A stretch of 64,000 nucleotides of DNA, from the IMG/VR virus record IMGVR_UViG_3300028920_001939. One strand, written 5' to 3'. The stretch comes from a virus. Taxonomy: Duplodnaviria > Heunggongvirae > Uroviricota > Caudoviricetes. Position 1 is the first letter of the stretch; every line of letters begins with the position of its first letter. The translations under genes were made by a program, and so were the position numbers. Below are positions 9,061-19,573 of the stretch, in pieces. A model generated the notes under the pieces. It made no database searches. It worked only from the letters and a program-made list of their open reading frames with translations, and was not told where the DNA came from.

Positions 9061-11696
9061 AAACTATAAAGGTAAAAACAATCAGTTTGTATGATAAGAA
9101 ACATACTTGGGGAAAACCCTTATTCAAATTAGGTAAACCAAAGAAAGTTAAAAAATCAGATAAGAAACTATCATATAACAAAGCAAAGAAGAAATACTAT
9201 TTGAAACCCTTTGGCGATGCAGATAAAGATGGTTATTTTAATATAACTGATTGTAAACCTTTAGATCCTAAAAAGCATGGTGTTTATAAAAAATATAAAG
9301 ATAAACCTGTATTCTTTTATGATACAAAAGGTTACGGTGTTAAACCTGGCGAAGTTACTCAAGGTATGATTTTTGAGAAACTTGAGAAAAAACTACCAAG
9401 CCATTTTGGACATGAAAGAGGAGAAGGTGGACAGTATTCAGATATGCTAACTGATTCTCTTGTGAATATAGATAAAGGTGATATACCAACTGTTAAGAAA
9501 GTTGTAGGAGTACATGAGTTAGAAAAACCTGATTCTGTATCACATGAAACAGTATTTGCTACAAAACATTTAAAAGATTATCTGGAAGCAACACACCCTG
9601 ATAAAATGTTTACATTTGATATACATAAACCAGGTGAAGTATCTTACGTTGAGAAAAGCGGTAAAAGAAAAACAGAGAAGATATCAAAGTTACTTTCTAA
9701 ACCAATGTCAAGTGTGGAAACATCTGTAAGAACCCCTCTTTATGTGCAGAAAAAAGTAAAGAAATTAAAAAGTATATTTCCTGAAATAGAAAGAATGACA
9801 GGTAAGAAATTAACAGAAGAACAGAAGAAAGATATAGAAAAGAGATTAATAACTGAAGAAGATATATCTGGTATATCATCAAGTTATAGTATAAAACCTC
9901 ATTGGTCGGTAGAAGAATTACCCAAACATTTTGGTTCAAGAAAAGATGCAATTTTACATATAACAGATGATCCAGCGGAAGTTGTAATGAAATCAATGTA
10001 TCCTGGAATGCATAGTTGCGAATCAATAGATAATTGGGATTGGCATCCAAGAGGTGCTTTTTCAGATATAGAGCAAAGAAATCCTGTTGCATTCTTTTAT
10101 TTAACAGGTAAAACACCATATAGTGAAGATAGACCATCATATAGAATTATGTTAAGAAGAGCGCATCCTGTTAAGACAGGAGGAGAAATAGATAAATCAC
10201 AAGAATTTTTAGGTGTAGAAAAAGGTGTTTACGGAGGAGAACAAGCAACAGAAAGACAAATGTATCGTTGGTTGTTGCAAGAATTTCTTAAAAAGAAAAA
10301 TTTATGGAGAGTTCCACTAAAAACAAGACGTCCACATATAGGTTATTCTGATTTTGTTGCTCAAACACCAGAAAAAGCAGTTGATTATTTAGTGGATGAA
10401 TGGACACAAAAAGCAGAAGAAAGAGGCGCATATCTAGATGAGTATGATGATGATTTATTACAATTAGTTGAAGATGACGATATCACAAAATACGCTGCAA
10501 ATATTCCTTCTGTTTACGCTGAAGAGTATAGGAAACCATCTACTTCTGAAAAGACGCCTACATATAAAGAATCAGTTAGATATTTGTTATCAAAACCAAA
10601 AGATAAAGCAATACCACGTTCTTTCTTCTATAATATATTGAAAACACCAGATGTTGAAACTTTGAAATCAGCTATCAAGAGACCAGAGATGAAACCAGAA
10701 TATTATCATCCTTTAGCGTTTCATCCAAGTAGAGATATAAAGAGGGAAGTTGCTTCTTATCCTAAACTTCAGCAGATAACTGTAAAAGAATTGATACCTT
10801 CAAAAGATTATGATGTATCAAGTAAATTATTCTTTAACCCCGCTTTAACATACAAACAGAGAAAAAAGGTTGCTAAAAGAGAAGATGAAGAACTCGCTTA
10901 TGATCCTTATGATTTAACAAGTAGTGTAGAACCAAGAGTTGCAAGAGAGGCAGTTAGGATAACTGATAAGATACGTCCATCTCAAGTTTCTTCTATAGCA
11001 AGAAACACAACAAGTTTAGCGGCGATAAAATACATTTATGAAAAATATCCAGAACAAATAGAATATATCATAAAAAATCCAAATACACCTGAAAGTATCG
11101 TTAGTGATTGTGTTTCAGATATTGCAAATAGTAAAATATCAACTGATGATAAGATAAAGCAGATAAAATATATAATAGAAAACTCTGATAACTTAACAGA
11201 ACCTATAATTGATAAAATATACAGAATGTTCGGTAATAATCCTAAAGTAGCTGTAAATTTGTTTTATGATGATAGAGTTCCACCAGATATCAAAAATAAA
11301 ATAGGCAGTAGATTATTCAAGAAAGGTTACGAAGAATTGCTAGAGAAATTCATAGTTTATCCTAACAGAACCAATGTTGAAACAATAAATATGATGATTG
11401 ATAAGTTACCTATGACTAAATTAAAAAGAATGATGCTTTCTTTAACTTTGGGTAGTTATACATCAAAACAAGAAAAAGAATTATTATCAAAATTCGTTGA
11501 TAAAGCAAAGAGTAACGCAACATTCAAAAAAGCTTTCTTTGATATGTTAGAATCAAATAGAAGTTCATCATTGGAAAAGAACTTACTTGAATTAACTGAT
11601 TCCTGCTCCACCGCTTTACATAGAGATGTGATAAGATATTTAATGAAATCAACTAATAAATCAACAACAGATGAATTGATAAAGAGGTATAGTTAA
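9057..11696 (+). CDS. Large hypothetical protein (879 aa) with N-terminal TSP3-like Ca-binding motif
   Basis: FGDADKDGYFNITDCKPLDPKKHG near the N-terminus resembles the DTDGDGxP..DCxPxNP module of the 30273, 31074 and 32629 genes. ATGA-type overlap with the upstream gene. Confidence 0.6.
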   Translation: MKTIKVKTISLYDKKHTWGKPLFKLGKPKKVKKSDKKLSYNKAKKKYYLKPFGDADKDGYFNITDCKPLDPKKHGVYKKYKDKPVFFYDTKGYGVKPGEVTQGMIFEKLEKKLPSHFGHERGEGGQYSDMLTDSLVNIDKGDIPTVKKVVGVHELEKPDSVSHETVFATKHLKDYLEATHPDKMFTFDIHKPGEVSYVEKSGKRKTEKISKLLSKPMSSVETSVRTPLYVQKKVKKLKSIFPEIERMTGKKLTEEQKKDIEKRLITEEDISGISSSYSIKPHWSVEELPKHFGSRKDAILHITDDPAEVVMKSMYPGMHSCESIDNWDWHPRGAFSDIEQRNPVAFFYLTGKTPYSEDRPSYRIMLRRAHPVKTGGEIDKSQEFLGVEKGVYGGEQATERQMYRWLLQEFLKKKNLWRVPLKTRRPHIGYSDFVAQTPEKAVDYLVDEWTQKAEERGAYLDEYDDDLLQLVEDDDITKYAANIPSVYAEEYRKPSTSEKTPTYKESVRYLLSKPKDKAIPRSFFYNILKTPDVETLKSAIKRPEMKPEYYHPLAFHPSRDIKREVASYPKLQQITVKELIPSKDYDVSSKLFFNPALTYKQRKKVAKREDEELAYDPYDLTSSVEPRVAREAVRITDKIRPSQVSSIARNTTSLAAIKYIYEKYPEQIEYIIKNPNTPESIVSDCVSDIANSKISTDDKIKQIKYIIENSDNLTEPIIDKIYRMFGNNPKVAVNLFYDDRVPPDIKNKIGSRLFKKGYEELLEKFIVYPNRTNVETINMMIDKLPMTKLKRMMLSLTLGSYTSKQEKELLSKFVDKAKSNATFKKAFFDMLESNRSSSLEKNLLELTDSCSTALHRDVIRYLMKSTNKSTTDELIKRYS

Positions 11697-11698
11697 AT

Positions 11699-11995
11699 AT
11701 GAGTTGGCTTAAACAGGCAGTCGGGTTTGCAACATTCTCATTTATACTAATGGTAATATTCATAGTGTTATCAAGTCCATACAACATGTTACTTGATACC
11801 GTTAAGAATGAATCAGAAGAATATGTATCATCTGATACGTTAGACAATAGCATTACTCCATTCCTAAACACTCTACGCACAATTTTCGGGTTATTATTTG
11901 CCTTATCAATGGTTAGTTTAGTTATAGGGATATTTCTGAAGGCGCATGAAGATGAGTATGAAGAATATCCTGAAAATTACAATAGGAGGTTATGA
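11699..11995 (+). CDS. Small 2-TM membrane protein
   Basis: Two hydrophobic segments (FATFSFILMVIFIVL and LFALSMVSLVIGIFL). Confidence 0.45.
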   Translation: MSWLKQAVGFATFSFILMVIFIVLSSPYNMLLDTVKNESEEYVSSDTLDNSITPFLNTLRTIFGLLFALSMVSLVIGIFLKAHEDEYEEYPENYNRRL

Positions 11996-14900
11996 TGAAA
12001 TCAAAGTTATCAATAATTCTTCTTATAATGCTTATATTATCAAGTATTCCCATTACCATTGATGTTAGAGCAGATGATCCTTCTTCTTTTGAATTATTGC
12101 CTAATTCTGATAATGTTGATATTGGAGAAATATTCAACATAAGTGTTTATGTATCACCTAACGCTTCTATCAACTGTATTGCTATTGATGAATTAACATT
12201 TGACCCAACTTTATTGAATATCGTTGCGCACAATGCAACTGATAATGTATCACAAGGCAATATATTCGAAAGTGGAACAACATTATTGTGGCGTAGTGGC
12301 GTTATCAATAATACAGAAGGAAATCTTACAGATGTTTCGTGGGTAACAACTCCTGCTCATGGTGGAGAAGGATATTTCTGCAATATCACTTTTGAAGCAC
12401 TCGCTGTTGGTATTGCTTATGTTAATCTTACAGATGTTGCTATTGTTTACGATATCAACGAATGGGATTATCAGATTTTATCAAACGCAACTATAACTAT
12501 AGGTATCAATGTTACCACAAATGAAGCAACCGGCGTAGAAGAAACAAATGCAACATTAAATGGTTATATCAATAATCCATCTGATTTGCTTCTTAAATAT
12601 GGTTTCAATTGGGGTACAACTGCTTCCTACGGCAATAATTTAACTTTTATCAATATGACTTTTAGTTCTAACAATACTATAGATGATGCTGTTGGAATTG
12701 ATTCTCAATCTATTCTAGATGTTTTCAAGATGAATGGTGTTACATATATGATAATTGGAGCTGTTGATGGGCAATTTGAAGGTTATCATTGGAATGCAAC
12801 TGGATGTGAATGGGAAACTAATGCTTCAATCGTATCTGGTTTAGATGATGTTGGTAGTGATTCTGCTCCGACAATATTTAATATTAGTGATGTATGGTTT
12901 CTTATTGCTGGAGAAAGTACTGGAGTATTTAATGGATATGAATGGAATGGGACAGCTTGGGAAACCAACAACAGTATAATTACTGGTCTTGGTGATATTG
13001 GTGGTAATTCTGTACCATGCACTTTTTATATGAATGGTGTTTTATATCTAATAGCAGGAGAATATAACGGTTATTCTAATGGATTTGAATGGAATGGTAC
13101 ATCTTGGGTAGTTAATGATACTATTAGAAGTGGAATAGGTGATGTTGGTGCTTATTCTACGCCAACAGTTTTTAACATACAAGGAAATTATTTTCTTATA
13201 TCAGGAGAATCTACAGGAGTTCTTAATGGCTGGAATTGGACTGAAGATACTTGGGAGAGTAATTCCTTATATCCTGGTAGTGATGTGGGTGATGATTCTG
13301 CCCCAAATGTTTTTTATATCAACGATAGTCTTTATTTACTTGTAGGAGAAGCAAATACTGTTTTGAATGGTTGGGATATAAATATTGATTTCAACGGCAC
13401 TTTTTCTTATGACCTTACAGGTCTTTCTGAAGGTACTCTTTATCACTATCGTGCTTTTATGAATCAATCTGGTTCTGTTTCTAACGGACTTGATGAAACT
13501 TTCTTAACTAAACCTAATGCGCCGGAAGATTTTCAAGCCATTGCTTGGAATACAACAGTAATAAATCTAACTTGGTCAAAAGGCGATGGTGCTAACAATA
13601 CTGTTGTGGTTCACAAAACAACAGGATATCCCTCAAGTCCAGCAGATGGTTCTATAGTTTATAATGGCACCGCTGAGAAATATGATCATACTATTGTTGA
13701 AGGCACAACAAATTACTATAGTGCTTGGTCTTTTTCAAAGTGGGGTACTTTACATCAATGGAGTGATACAAATGATAGTGATATAGGCAAATATATCGAC
13801 TTCTCTTTGATAATCTTTGTTAATTCAACAACAAGTATTGAAGAAGAAGCAGTGAAACTTAACGGTTATGTTGCTTCTCATGATGCTACATATGCAGATG
13901 TAGGTTTTGTTTATGATACAGAAATACACACAGATATAGATGATTGGACTTATAATTTTACAGCTGAAGAAGATATTGCTAATTATACTGAATTCGATTA
14001 TACTGCTGTAAACTTACAACCTGGAGAATACTATTATGTAAAATCTTGGTTGCATATCTATTATCAAGGAACTCATCTATGGAATCAATCAAGTGATATA
14101 GAATACTTTTTAACCAAACCTGAATCACCATCTAATCTTACTGTTACAGATATTGGTGATACAAACTTGACTTTAGAGTGGGATAAAACAACGGATGTAG
14201 GTTCCGGAACAACAGTAAATACAGTTATACGTTACAAAGAAAATGTATATCCAACATCACCAACTGGCGCAGATGGAAGCACTTTAGCATATAACGGCAC
14301 AGATGAAACTAAATTAGTAACAGGTTTAAATCCTGATGTAAATTATTATTTCAGCTCTTGGACTTGCGCTAACTCATCAGGTTCACCTAATCTATATCAA
14401 TACAGCGATAATTATGATTCTTTGATGTATTCTTTATTCAATGGTACATACAACATAACTGTAAGATATGAAAACAGAACTTATGGTCTTGTTGATTTGA
14501 CAACAGGGCACAACCATCAATTTATAGTGTATTATTCATCATCAACAGAAGTAAACGATTTTAACAAAACAGGTGAAATGGACGGTGGAAATGATACTGT
14601 AGGTTATTGGGACAATGTGAATAACGGCAACTTTACTATTAATGTAGAATCAAGACCTTTATTCTTCTCTTTCCATTGGAATGCTACTAAAACTTGGCTT
14701 GACGATTCAGGTAATTCAAATACAACAAATTTCAGTTGTTACAGAGTTATTGTACCAGAAACAGGACAACGTAATATAACATTCTATATAAGAGATGATT
14801 TGCGTGTTTACGGCGATTCATCTATTTACAGAAACGATAGTTTAGTGCGTTATACAATGTCCTTTATAGATAGTTCTGGGGAATTTATACCTCAAAACAA

Positions 14901-15753
14901 TCCATACGCTATCATATATACCTATGATAGTGAAAACAACAAACAAGTTATACATTCAGAATACTTTGACGCTTCAAAACAGATAATACCTTGGTTGATT
15001 TATGATAAGAGATATTATATCGGCGTAAAATGTGATACAGAAGAATTTGCTAGAATATCAACATTCATTCCTGGAGATGACCAAAATCCAAAGATACTCA
15101 TACCTTATCAATATGTTTCTGACATATCATTTTTTGATTTAATTGAACTTGATGTTGGTAGAACAGCTACTGGTTTCTTTGTTGATTATCAAGATACAAC
15201 AGGTTGCGATATCAGCGCAACTTTATATGTTTGGTGGTATAGTAATGATACAGTTTATAAATCACCTACATACCCAAAAACAGTTTATTTGAATTCACAT
15301 AACTGGACAGTTGTTTGTAACACATCAATGGCTTGGAAATACAATCTTAAAATCATTCTTACAGATACAGATCCAGATGATAATATCAATTATACTGGTA
15401 CATATTGGTTAGCAAACGCTAATGGTGCTGCTGTCTTAAATCCTGGTCTTGAAAGTATTATAACTGTTAATGATATCAATGATATACTCCAAATAATATT
15501 TGGTGATTCACCTATGTATGATAACGAAGGAGATGTTGTTTCTTGGGCTAGTATAGCTCTTTTTGGATTTTCATTTGTATTACTTGTATCATTTGGAAAG
15601 ATAAATGCTTTCGTTGGTTCACTTTCAGTAGGAATATTTTTAATGGCTGCTGGAGGTTGGGTATATGGGGCAATATCTGGTATTGTAGCAGTAGGTGTAT
15701 TCATTTTAGCAATATCAATTGTTGGATTATTGGGAGGTGTTGATACAAGATGA
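11992..15753 (+). CDS. Giant secreted, membrane-anchored glycoprotein (1253 aa): beta-propeller-like repeats plus two FN3 domains plus C-terminal TM helices
   Basis: Sec signal peptide (...TIDVRA/DD). About 5 tandem 48-aa blades (F.NG..YLI.GE..G..NG.EWNGT.W..N.SI..G.GD.G..S.P..F). Two FN3-like domains (TKPNAPEDF...YYSAWSF and TKPESPSNLTVT...YYFSSWT). Dozens of N-x-S/T sequons. C-terminal Gly-rich TM helices. Confidence 0.8.
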   Translation: MMKSKLSIILLIMLILSSIPITIDVRADDPSSFELLPNSDNVDIGEIFNISVYVSPNASINCIAIDELTFDPTLLNIVAHNATDNVSQGNIFESGTTLLWRSGVINNTEGNLTDVSWVTTPAHGGEGYFCNITFEALAVGIAYVNLTDVAIVYDINEWDYQILSNATITIGINVTTNEATGVEETNATLNGYINNPSDLLLKYGFNWGTTASYGNNLTFINMTFSSNNTIDDAVGIDSQSILDVFKMNGVTYMIIGAVDGQFEGYHWNATGCEWETNASIVSGLDDVGSDSAPTIFNISDVWFLIAGESTGVFNGYEWNGTAWETNNSIITGLGDIGGNSVPCTFYMNGVLYLIAGEYNGYSNGFEWNGTSWVVNDTIRSGIGDVGAYSTPTVFNIQGNYFLISGESTGVLNGWNWTEDTWESNSLYPGSDVGDDSAPNVFYINDSLYLLVGEANTVLNGWDINIDFNGTFSYDLTGLSEGTLYHYRAFMNQSGSVSNGLDETFLTKPNAPEDFQAIAWNTTVINLTWSKGDGANNTVVVHKTTGYPSSPADGSIVYNGTAEKYDHTIVEGTTNYYSAWSFSKWGTLHQWSDTNDSDIGKYIDFSLIIFVNSTTSIEEEAVKLNGYVASHDATYADVGFVYDTEIHTDIDDWTYNFTAEEDIANYTEFDYTAVNLQPGEYYYVKSWLHIYYQGTHLWNQSSDIEYFLTKPESPSNLTVTDIGDTNLTLEWDKTTDVGSGTTVNTVIRYKENVYPTSPTGADGSTLAYNGTDETKLVTGLNPDVNYYFSSWTCANSSGSPNLYQYSDNYDSLMYSLFNGTYNITVRYENRTYGLVDLTTGHNHQFIVYYSSSTEVNDFNKTGEMDGGNDTVGYWDNVNNGNFTINVESRPLFFSFHWNATKTWLDDSGNSNTTNFSCYRVIVPETGQRNITFYIRDDLRVYGDSSIYRNDSLVRYTMSFIDSSGEFIPQNNPYAIIYTYDSENNKQVIHSEYFDASKQIIPWLIYDKRYYIGVKCDTEEFARISTFIPGDDQNPKILIPYQYVSDISFFDLIELDVGRTATGFFVDYQDTTGCDISATLYVWWYSNDTVYKSPTYPKTVYLNSHNWTVVCNTSMAWKYNLKIILTDTDPDDNINYTGTYWLANANGAAVLNPGLESIITVNDINDILQIIFGDSPMYDNEGDVVSWASIALFGFSFVLLVSFGKINAFVGSLSVGIFLMAAGGWVYGAISGIVAVGVFILAISIVGLLGGVDTR

Positions 15754-16220
15754 ATGCATATCATTTAATGGCGTTTTTATTATTATTTAACATATCAATG
15801 TCAGTAGTTTTGAGTATGAGTATATATACTGTTCCTGTTGAACCTGTACCTATTGTAGATGTTGATGATACGAATACTTCTGCAGATTTTTCAAATCCAA
15901 ATTCTCTGCAAAAAGCAAATCTTTTATATATATTTGGTGGTAATGTTATAGCAGGTTTACTTATGGGTGTGGTTTTTGGCGGAGCTTTAGCAATATGGAC
16001 ACAAATTCCTGGCGATGCTGCTTTTGCTTATTCTATATTCATAACTTTTTATTGGACAATGGCAAAAAATACTGTTGATATACTTTATGCTATATCAGAA
16101 GGAACAGGTGCTGGAGATGGTTTGATATATGTAGTTGCTGTTTTTGTTGCTGTATTAGCAGTATCTTTTGTATCGTTTATGATACAGTTGGTGAGAGGAC
16201 CATGGGGATCTATGCGTTAG
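15750..16220 (+). CDS. Multi-TM membrane protein
   Basis: ATGA overlap. 3-4 hydrophobic helices. Confidence 0.5.
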   Translation: MNAYHLMAFLLLFNISMSVVLSMSIYTVPVEPVPIVDVDDTNTSADFSNPNSLQKANLLYIFGGNVIAGLLMGVVFGGALAIWTQIPGDAAFAYSIFITFYWTMAKNTVDILYAISEGTGAGDGLIYVVAVFVAVLAVSFVSFMIQLVRGPWGSMR

Positions 16221-16528
16221 TATCTACAGTCGTTGCGGCTATTAATCTTAACTTGAGTAATTTAACAACTGATGGTATATTGAAAGCTGCTTTCAATCCA
16301 TACTATTCAATCTTTGGTGAATTCACTTGGGGTATAATATTAGGATTCATAGGCGCTGCTTTGTATGTTAATGAAAGAAGTGTAGGCACTACAACCACAT
16401 ATCTTATACTTGTGGGTGTGTTTGTATCAATAATATTCCCATCTCATATAGTATCTGTATTTGGTGTGATACTCGCTTTCCTGATAGCTATAATATTCTA
16501 CAAAGCATTTATAGAAAGAGAAGGTTAA
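16202..16528 (+). CDS. Multi-TM membrane protein
   Basis: Hydrophobic helices throughout. Overlaps the upstream gene end. Confidence 0.45.
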   Translation: MGIYALVSTVVAAINLNLSNLTTDGILKAAFNPYYSIFGEFTWGIILGFIGAALYVNERSVGTTTTYLILVGVFVSIIFPSHIVSVFGVILAFLIAIIFYKAFIEREG

Positions 16529-16558
16529 TAAAGGTAATAGTAGATTAAAGAGGTAAAA

Positions 16559-16885
16559 ATGTTTGAAAATATCTTCATAGTGATGTTAATAATCGGCATT
16601 GTAATGCAGATACTTGCTATCTATTGGGAATCTTGGCCCTTCAATGTTTTATGTATAATGTGGTTTCTTAAATTAACACTTGATTCTTTGAATATACAAC
16701 ATCTCATAGTTTATCAACCTTTTATGCTTGATAATGTAACATATATTAATGGAACATATGAATTGATTTCTCACGGTGATTATGGGTTGGGTTCGTTATT
16801 AGGGATTTTCATATTTATCAATATACCTCTTGCAATCTATTATTTTTCAGGAAGATCTTTAATGGAAAGATATAAGGGAATGTAA
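16559..16885 (+). CDS. Multi-TM membrane protein
   Basis: Three hydrophobic segments. Confidence 0.45.
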   Translation: MFENIFIVMLIIGIVMQILAIYWESWPFNVLCIMWFLKLTLDSLNIQHLIVYQPFMLDNVTYINGTYELISHGDYGLGSLLGIFIFINIPLAIYYFSGRSLMERYKGM

Positions 16886-17175
16886 TGAATAAAATTATCA
16901 AAATTATAAGAATGAAAACTCCTGAAGAAGTTAAGCAGGAGATGAAGAAAGTTCTTGATAAGTTAGAGAAAGAGAACTTTGCTAGAACTGATAATTCTGC
17001 TGTTATGAGAATGTTCCCTCGTTTTATCCCTGATGTTTACAAACGTGATAATACTGTTTATTGTAAAGAGGGTATCATATTCATAAAACCTACTTATTAT
17101 GTCGAAAGATGTGGGGAATATAGTTTTAAGTTAAAAATACGAAATTCTAATTTTTTGATGGAAAGTTCAGAGTAG
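16885..17175 (+). CDS. Hypothetical soluble protein
   Basis: 96-aa ORF with TAATG overlap. Confidence 0.45.
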   Translation: MNKIIKIIRMKTPEEVKQEMKKVLDKLEKENFARTDNSAVMRMFPRFIPDVYKRDNTVYCKEGIIFIKPTYYVERCGEYSFKLKIRNSNFLMESSE

Positions 17176-17310
17176 GTATATTTCTCCAGATATTTATATA
17201 TAAAATATATATTTTCTTTACCAGATATACTATATATCAATAAATATCGGTTTACCTTTATATACCATAAACGATAATACTACCTTCAATAAATAAAAGG
17301 AGGTTAAGAC
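17176..17310 (+). promoter_or_regulatory. Strong promoter/leader region for the small 2-TM protein genes
   Basis: 135-nt AT-rich intergenic region with repeated ccagatat and tatatat elements and a near-perfect SD (aaaggaggt) 8 nt before the ATG at 17311. Confidence 0.35.
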
Positions 17311-17562
17311 ATGAAAACTAGATTCGGATTTATAGATCCAGGCGCCATAATGGGTGTAGTAGTCTCTCTAATCATTCTAGCAGTCGGTGTTTTCGCGTTC
17401 TACGTCACCATTACAGAAATTCCACACGACGACACTAACATCTGGGACAAAGTCAACAACACATCTGACACAGCTGACTCTGTTTTCAACATTATAGGTA
17501 TAGTGTTGATAATTGGAGCAATTATGTCTATCGTTGGTCTTGTCTATAACTACGTACGTTAG
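17311..17562 (+). CDS. Small 2-TM protein, probably abundant structural or membrane protein (paralogue A)
   Basis: MKTRFGFIDPGAIMGVVVSLIIL... with two TM helices. Strong SD. Tandem paralogue follows. Confidence 0.6.
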   Translation: MKTRFGFIDPGAIMGVVVSLIILAVGVFAFYVTITEIPHDDTNIWDKVNNTSDTADSVFNIIGIVLIIGAIMSIVGLVYNYVR

Positions 17563-17574
17563 AGGTGACATCGA

Positions 17575-17865
17575 ATGAAAACACGATTTGGTTTCATTGA
17601 CCCCGGTGCAATAATGGGTGCTGTAGTCTCTCTGATAATACTTGGAGTAGGCGTGTTCGCTTTCTTCATAGTAATAAGTGAAGTGCAACCCACCGTGCCA
17701 GATGATGGTAATTACAGTAATATGACAAACGCTGATAGAAACTTACTCGATAAGTTTAACAATACATCAGCTACTGGAGATTCTGTATTTAACATCATAG
17801 GCATAGTGCTTATCATTGGTGCCATAATGAGTATTGTAGGGTTAGTCTACAACTATGTCCGATAA
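17575..17865 (+). CDS. Small 2-TM protein (paralogue B of 17311-17562)
   Basis: Identical N-terminal 15 aa (MKTRFGFIDPGAIMG) and conserved C-terminus (NIIGIVLIIGAIMSIVGLVYNYVR). Confidence 0.6.
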   Translation: MKTRFGFIDPGAIMGAVVSLIILGVGVFAFFIVISEVQPTVPDDGNYSNMTNADRNLLDKFNNTSATGDSVFNIIGIVLIIGAIMSIVGLVYNYVR

Positions 17866-17878
17866 ATATAACAACCGT

Positions 17879-17914
17879 GGAGGCATTTTGCCTCCTACCT
17901 TTTATCTTTTATTT
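17879..17914 (+). terminator. Hairpin plus oligo-T terminator after the paralogue pair
   Basis: ggaggc-atttt-gcctcc stem-loop immediately followed by taccttttatcttttattt. Confidence 0.5.
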
Positions 17915-17934
17915 ATGAATTGGAGGAAAGTTAA

Positions 17935-18228
17935 ATGGATAATTTGCCTAATGTGATTTTGATATTATCAGTATCATTAATGATTTTTGCTGTTGGTTTC
18001 TTTGCTTTTTTTTATGTTTATACCGAATTAGAATACTCAACTGAACAGATTGAGAGTTTTGCTGTTACAGATCCCACAACGGATGAAACTGTAACATTAT
18101 CAGATTTACCCACAAGTATCACTCTCGTTGAGCAGTATAATGGTTTTGAATGGAAGGAGATTCCATCGGCTGGTTATACGCAAAACGAAAATCAAGTTAC
18201 AGTTGATAGTGCTTATTTGGAGGGTTAG
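17935..18228 (+). CDS. N-terminally anchored small protein
   Basis: One N-terminal TM helix then an acidic, Thr-rich ectodomain. Confidence 0.45.
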   Translation: MDNLPNVILILSVSLMIFAVGFFAFFYVYTELEYSTEQIESFAVTDPTTDETVTLSDLPTSITLVEQYNGFEWKEIPSAGYTQNENQVTVDSAYLEG

Positions 18229-18246
18229 TTTTTTAGAGGTATTTTT

Positions 18247-19530
18247 ATGTCAAGAAAGATGAAAAAATTTTTAAGAGATACTAAAGCTAGAATGTTGCCG
18301 TATTCTGTAATATTTTTGTTGATAATAGCAGGTTTAACAAGTATGTTTTTTGTTTTGCCTGGAAATAAATTTGTGAGAGCTCTTAGTGAACATTCAGATG
18401 ATTTTGAGGATGATACACCAGGACAATGGCCCGATGAAGATTGGTATATTTTAAGTATTGATAATATAAATGTAGGAGATAGAAATGTAACAGATTCTAC
18501 ATCTTATGATGGTTCTAATTGTTTGTTAGTTAATTATTCAGATCCAGATAATAATGGACATATGTTTTTTAATACAACTTCTGAGAATGAAAAATGGAGT
18601 AATTTTTCTTTTTGGTTTTATGCGGAAGCTGATAACAACGATTTTTCTACTTGGTATAGTAATGGAACAAATGGTAGTGCTGGTTCTTTTGCTAGTGTAA
18701 GAATAGGATGCACTGGAATAGGTGGTGGTGATGCAGAATCTATTTCTATTAAAGGAGGAGGAGGAGAAGAAATTACTGATATAGACTATACTTTTGAAGA
18801 ATGGTGGTTTTTTAAAGTTAGTTTTAATTGGACAGATGAAACATTTTCAGTACATATACATAACGATACTCAAGAAAATAATACAGAGTGGTTTACCTTT
18901 ATTTACTCTGTTTCAGAAGGAGGAGCTAATCCATTTTTAGGAAGATATCATTTTACAAATCCTAAAGGTAAAGTTACTAACATCTATCTTGATAATATGC
19001 AATTTAATGGAACAACTTCTGGAGCTGCACAAGGAGAAATATGTTATTATAATTATACAGGTCTTGATGAAAGTAATAGAACCACATTTGGCTCTGGAAC
19101 TCCTGGTGATACACTTTATTCTAATGCTACAGCTAATTGGAATACTGGTGCTATGCTTACAATTGAAATTTCTGTTAATGATACTGTTTATGTTGAAGAT
19201 GTATGTATTGATTTTGCTGAAACAGATTTACATACATCAGTTCATTGGGAAAACATCAGTATATCTGTAGATTTAGATAATTCTACTTGGCATGCTTTTG
19301 CAGCCGTAACAGATATAGATCAAGGAGGAGATGCTTCCAATATTAGTTTGAATACTTCTTGGGCTAGTATATGTTCAGATGGCAATCCATTTCCAATATC
19401 AAATACATCTGTAGGTGTTGATGATTATATTTATGTTCTTTTTAAACTTGACTTGCCAGATGATGCAGAAACAGGAGGTCCTTATACAACTGATTCTTGG
19501 AATATTTTATGGAAAACAGTAGAATCGTGA
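18247..19530 (+). CDS. Secreted or signal-anchored glycoprotein
   Basis: N-terminal hydrophobic anchor. Many N-x-S/T sequons (NVTD, NYSD, NTTS, NFSF, NGTN...). Confidence 0.65.
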   Translation: MSRKMKKFLRDTKARMLPYSVIFLLIIAGLTSMFFVLPGNKFVRALSEHSDDFEDDTPGQWPDEDWYILSIDNINVGDRNVTDSTSYDGSNCLLVNYSDPDNNGHMFFNTTSENEKWSNFSFWFYAEADNNDFSTWYSNGTNGSAGSFASVRIGCTGIGGGDAESISIKGGGGEEITDIDYTFEEWWFFKVSFNWTDETFSVHIHNDTQENNTEWFTFIYSVSEGGANPFLGRYHFTNPKGKVTNIYLDNMQFNGTTSGAAQGEICYYNYTGLDESNRTTFGSGTPGDTLYSNATANWNTGAMLTIEISVNDTVYVEDVCIDFAETDLHTSVHWENISISVDLDNSTWHAFAAVTDIDQGGDASNISLNTSWASICSDGNPFPISNTSVGVDDYIYVLFKLDLPDDAETGGPYTTDSWNILWKTVES

Positions 19531-19573
19531 TTTATATGATGAAATCTATAATATAAAGAGTGGAGATAAATAT

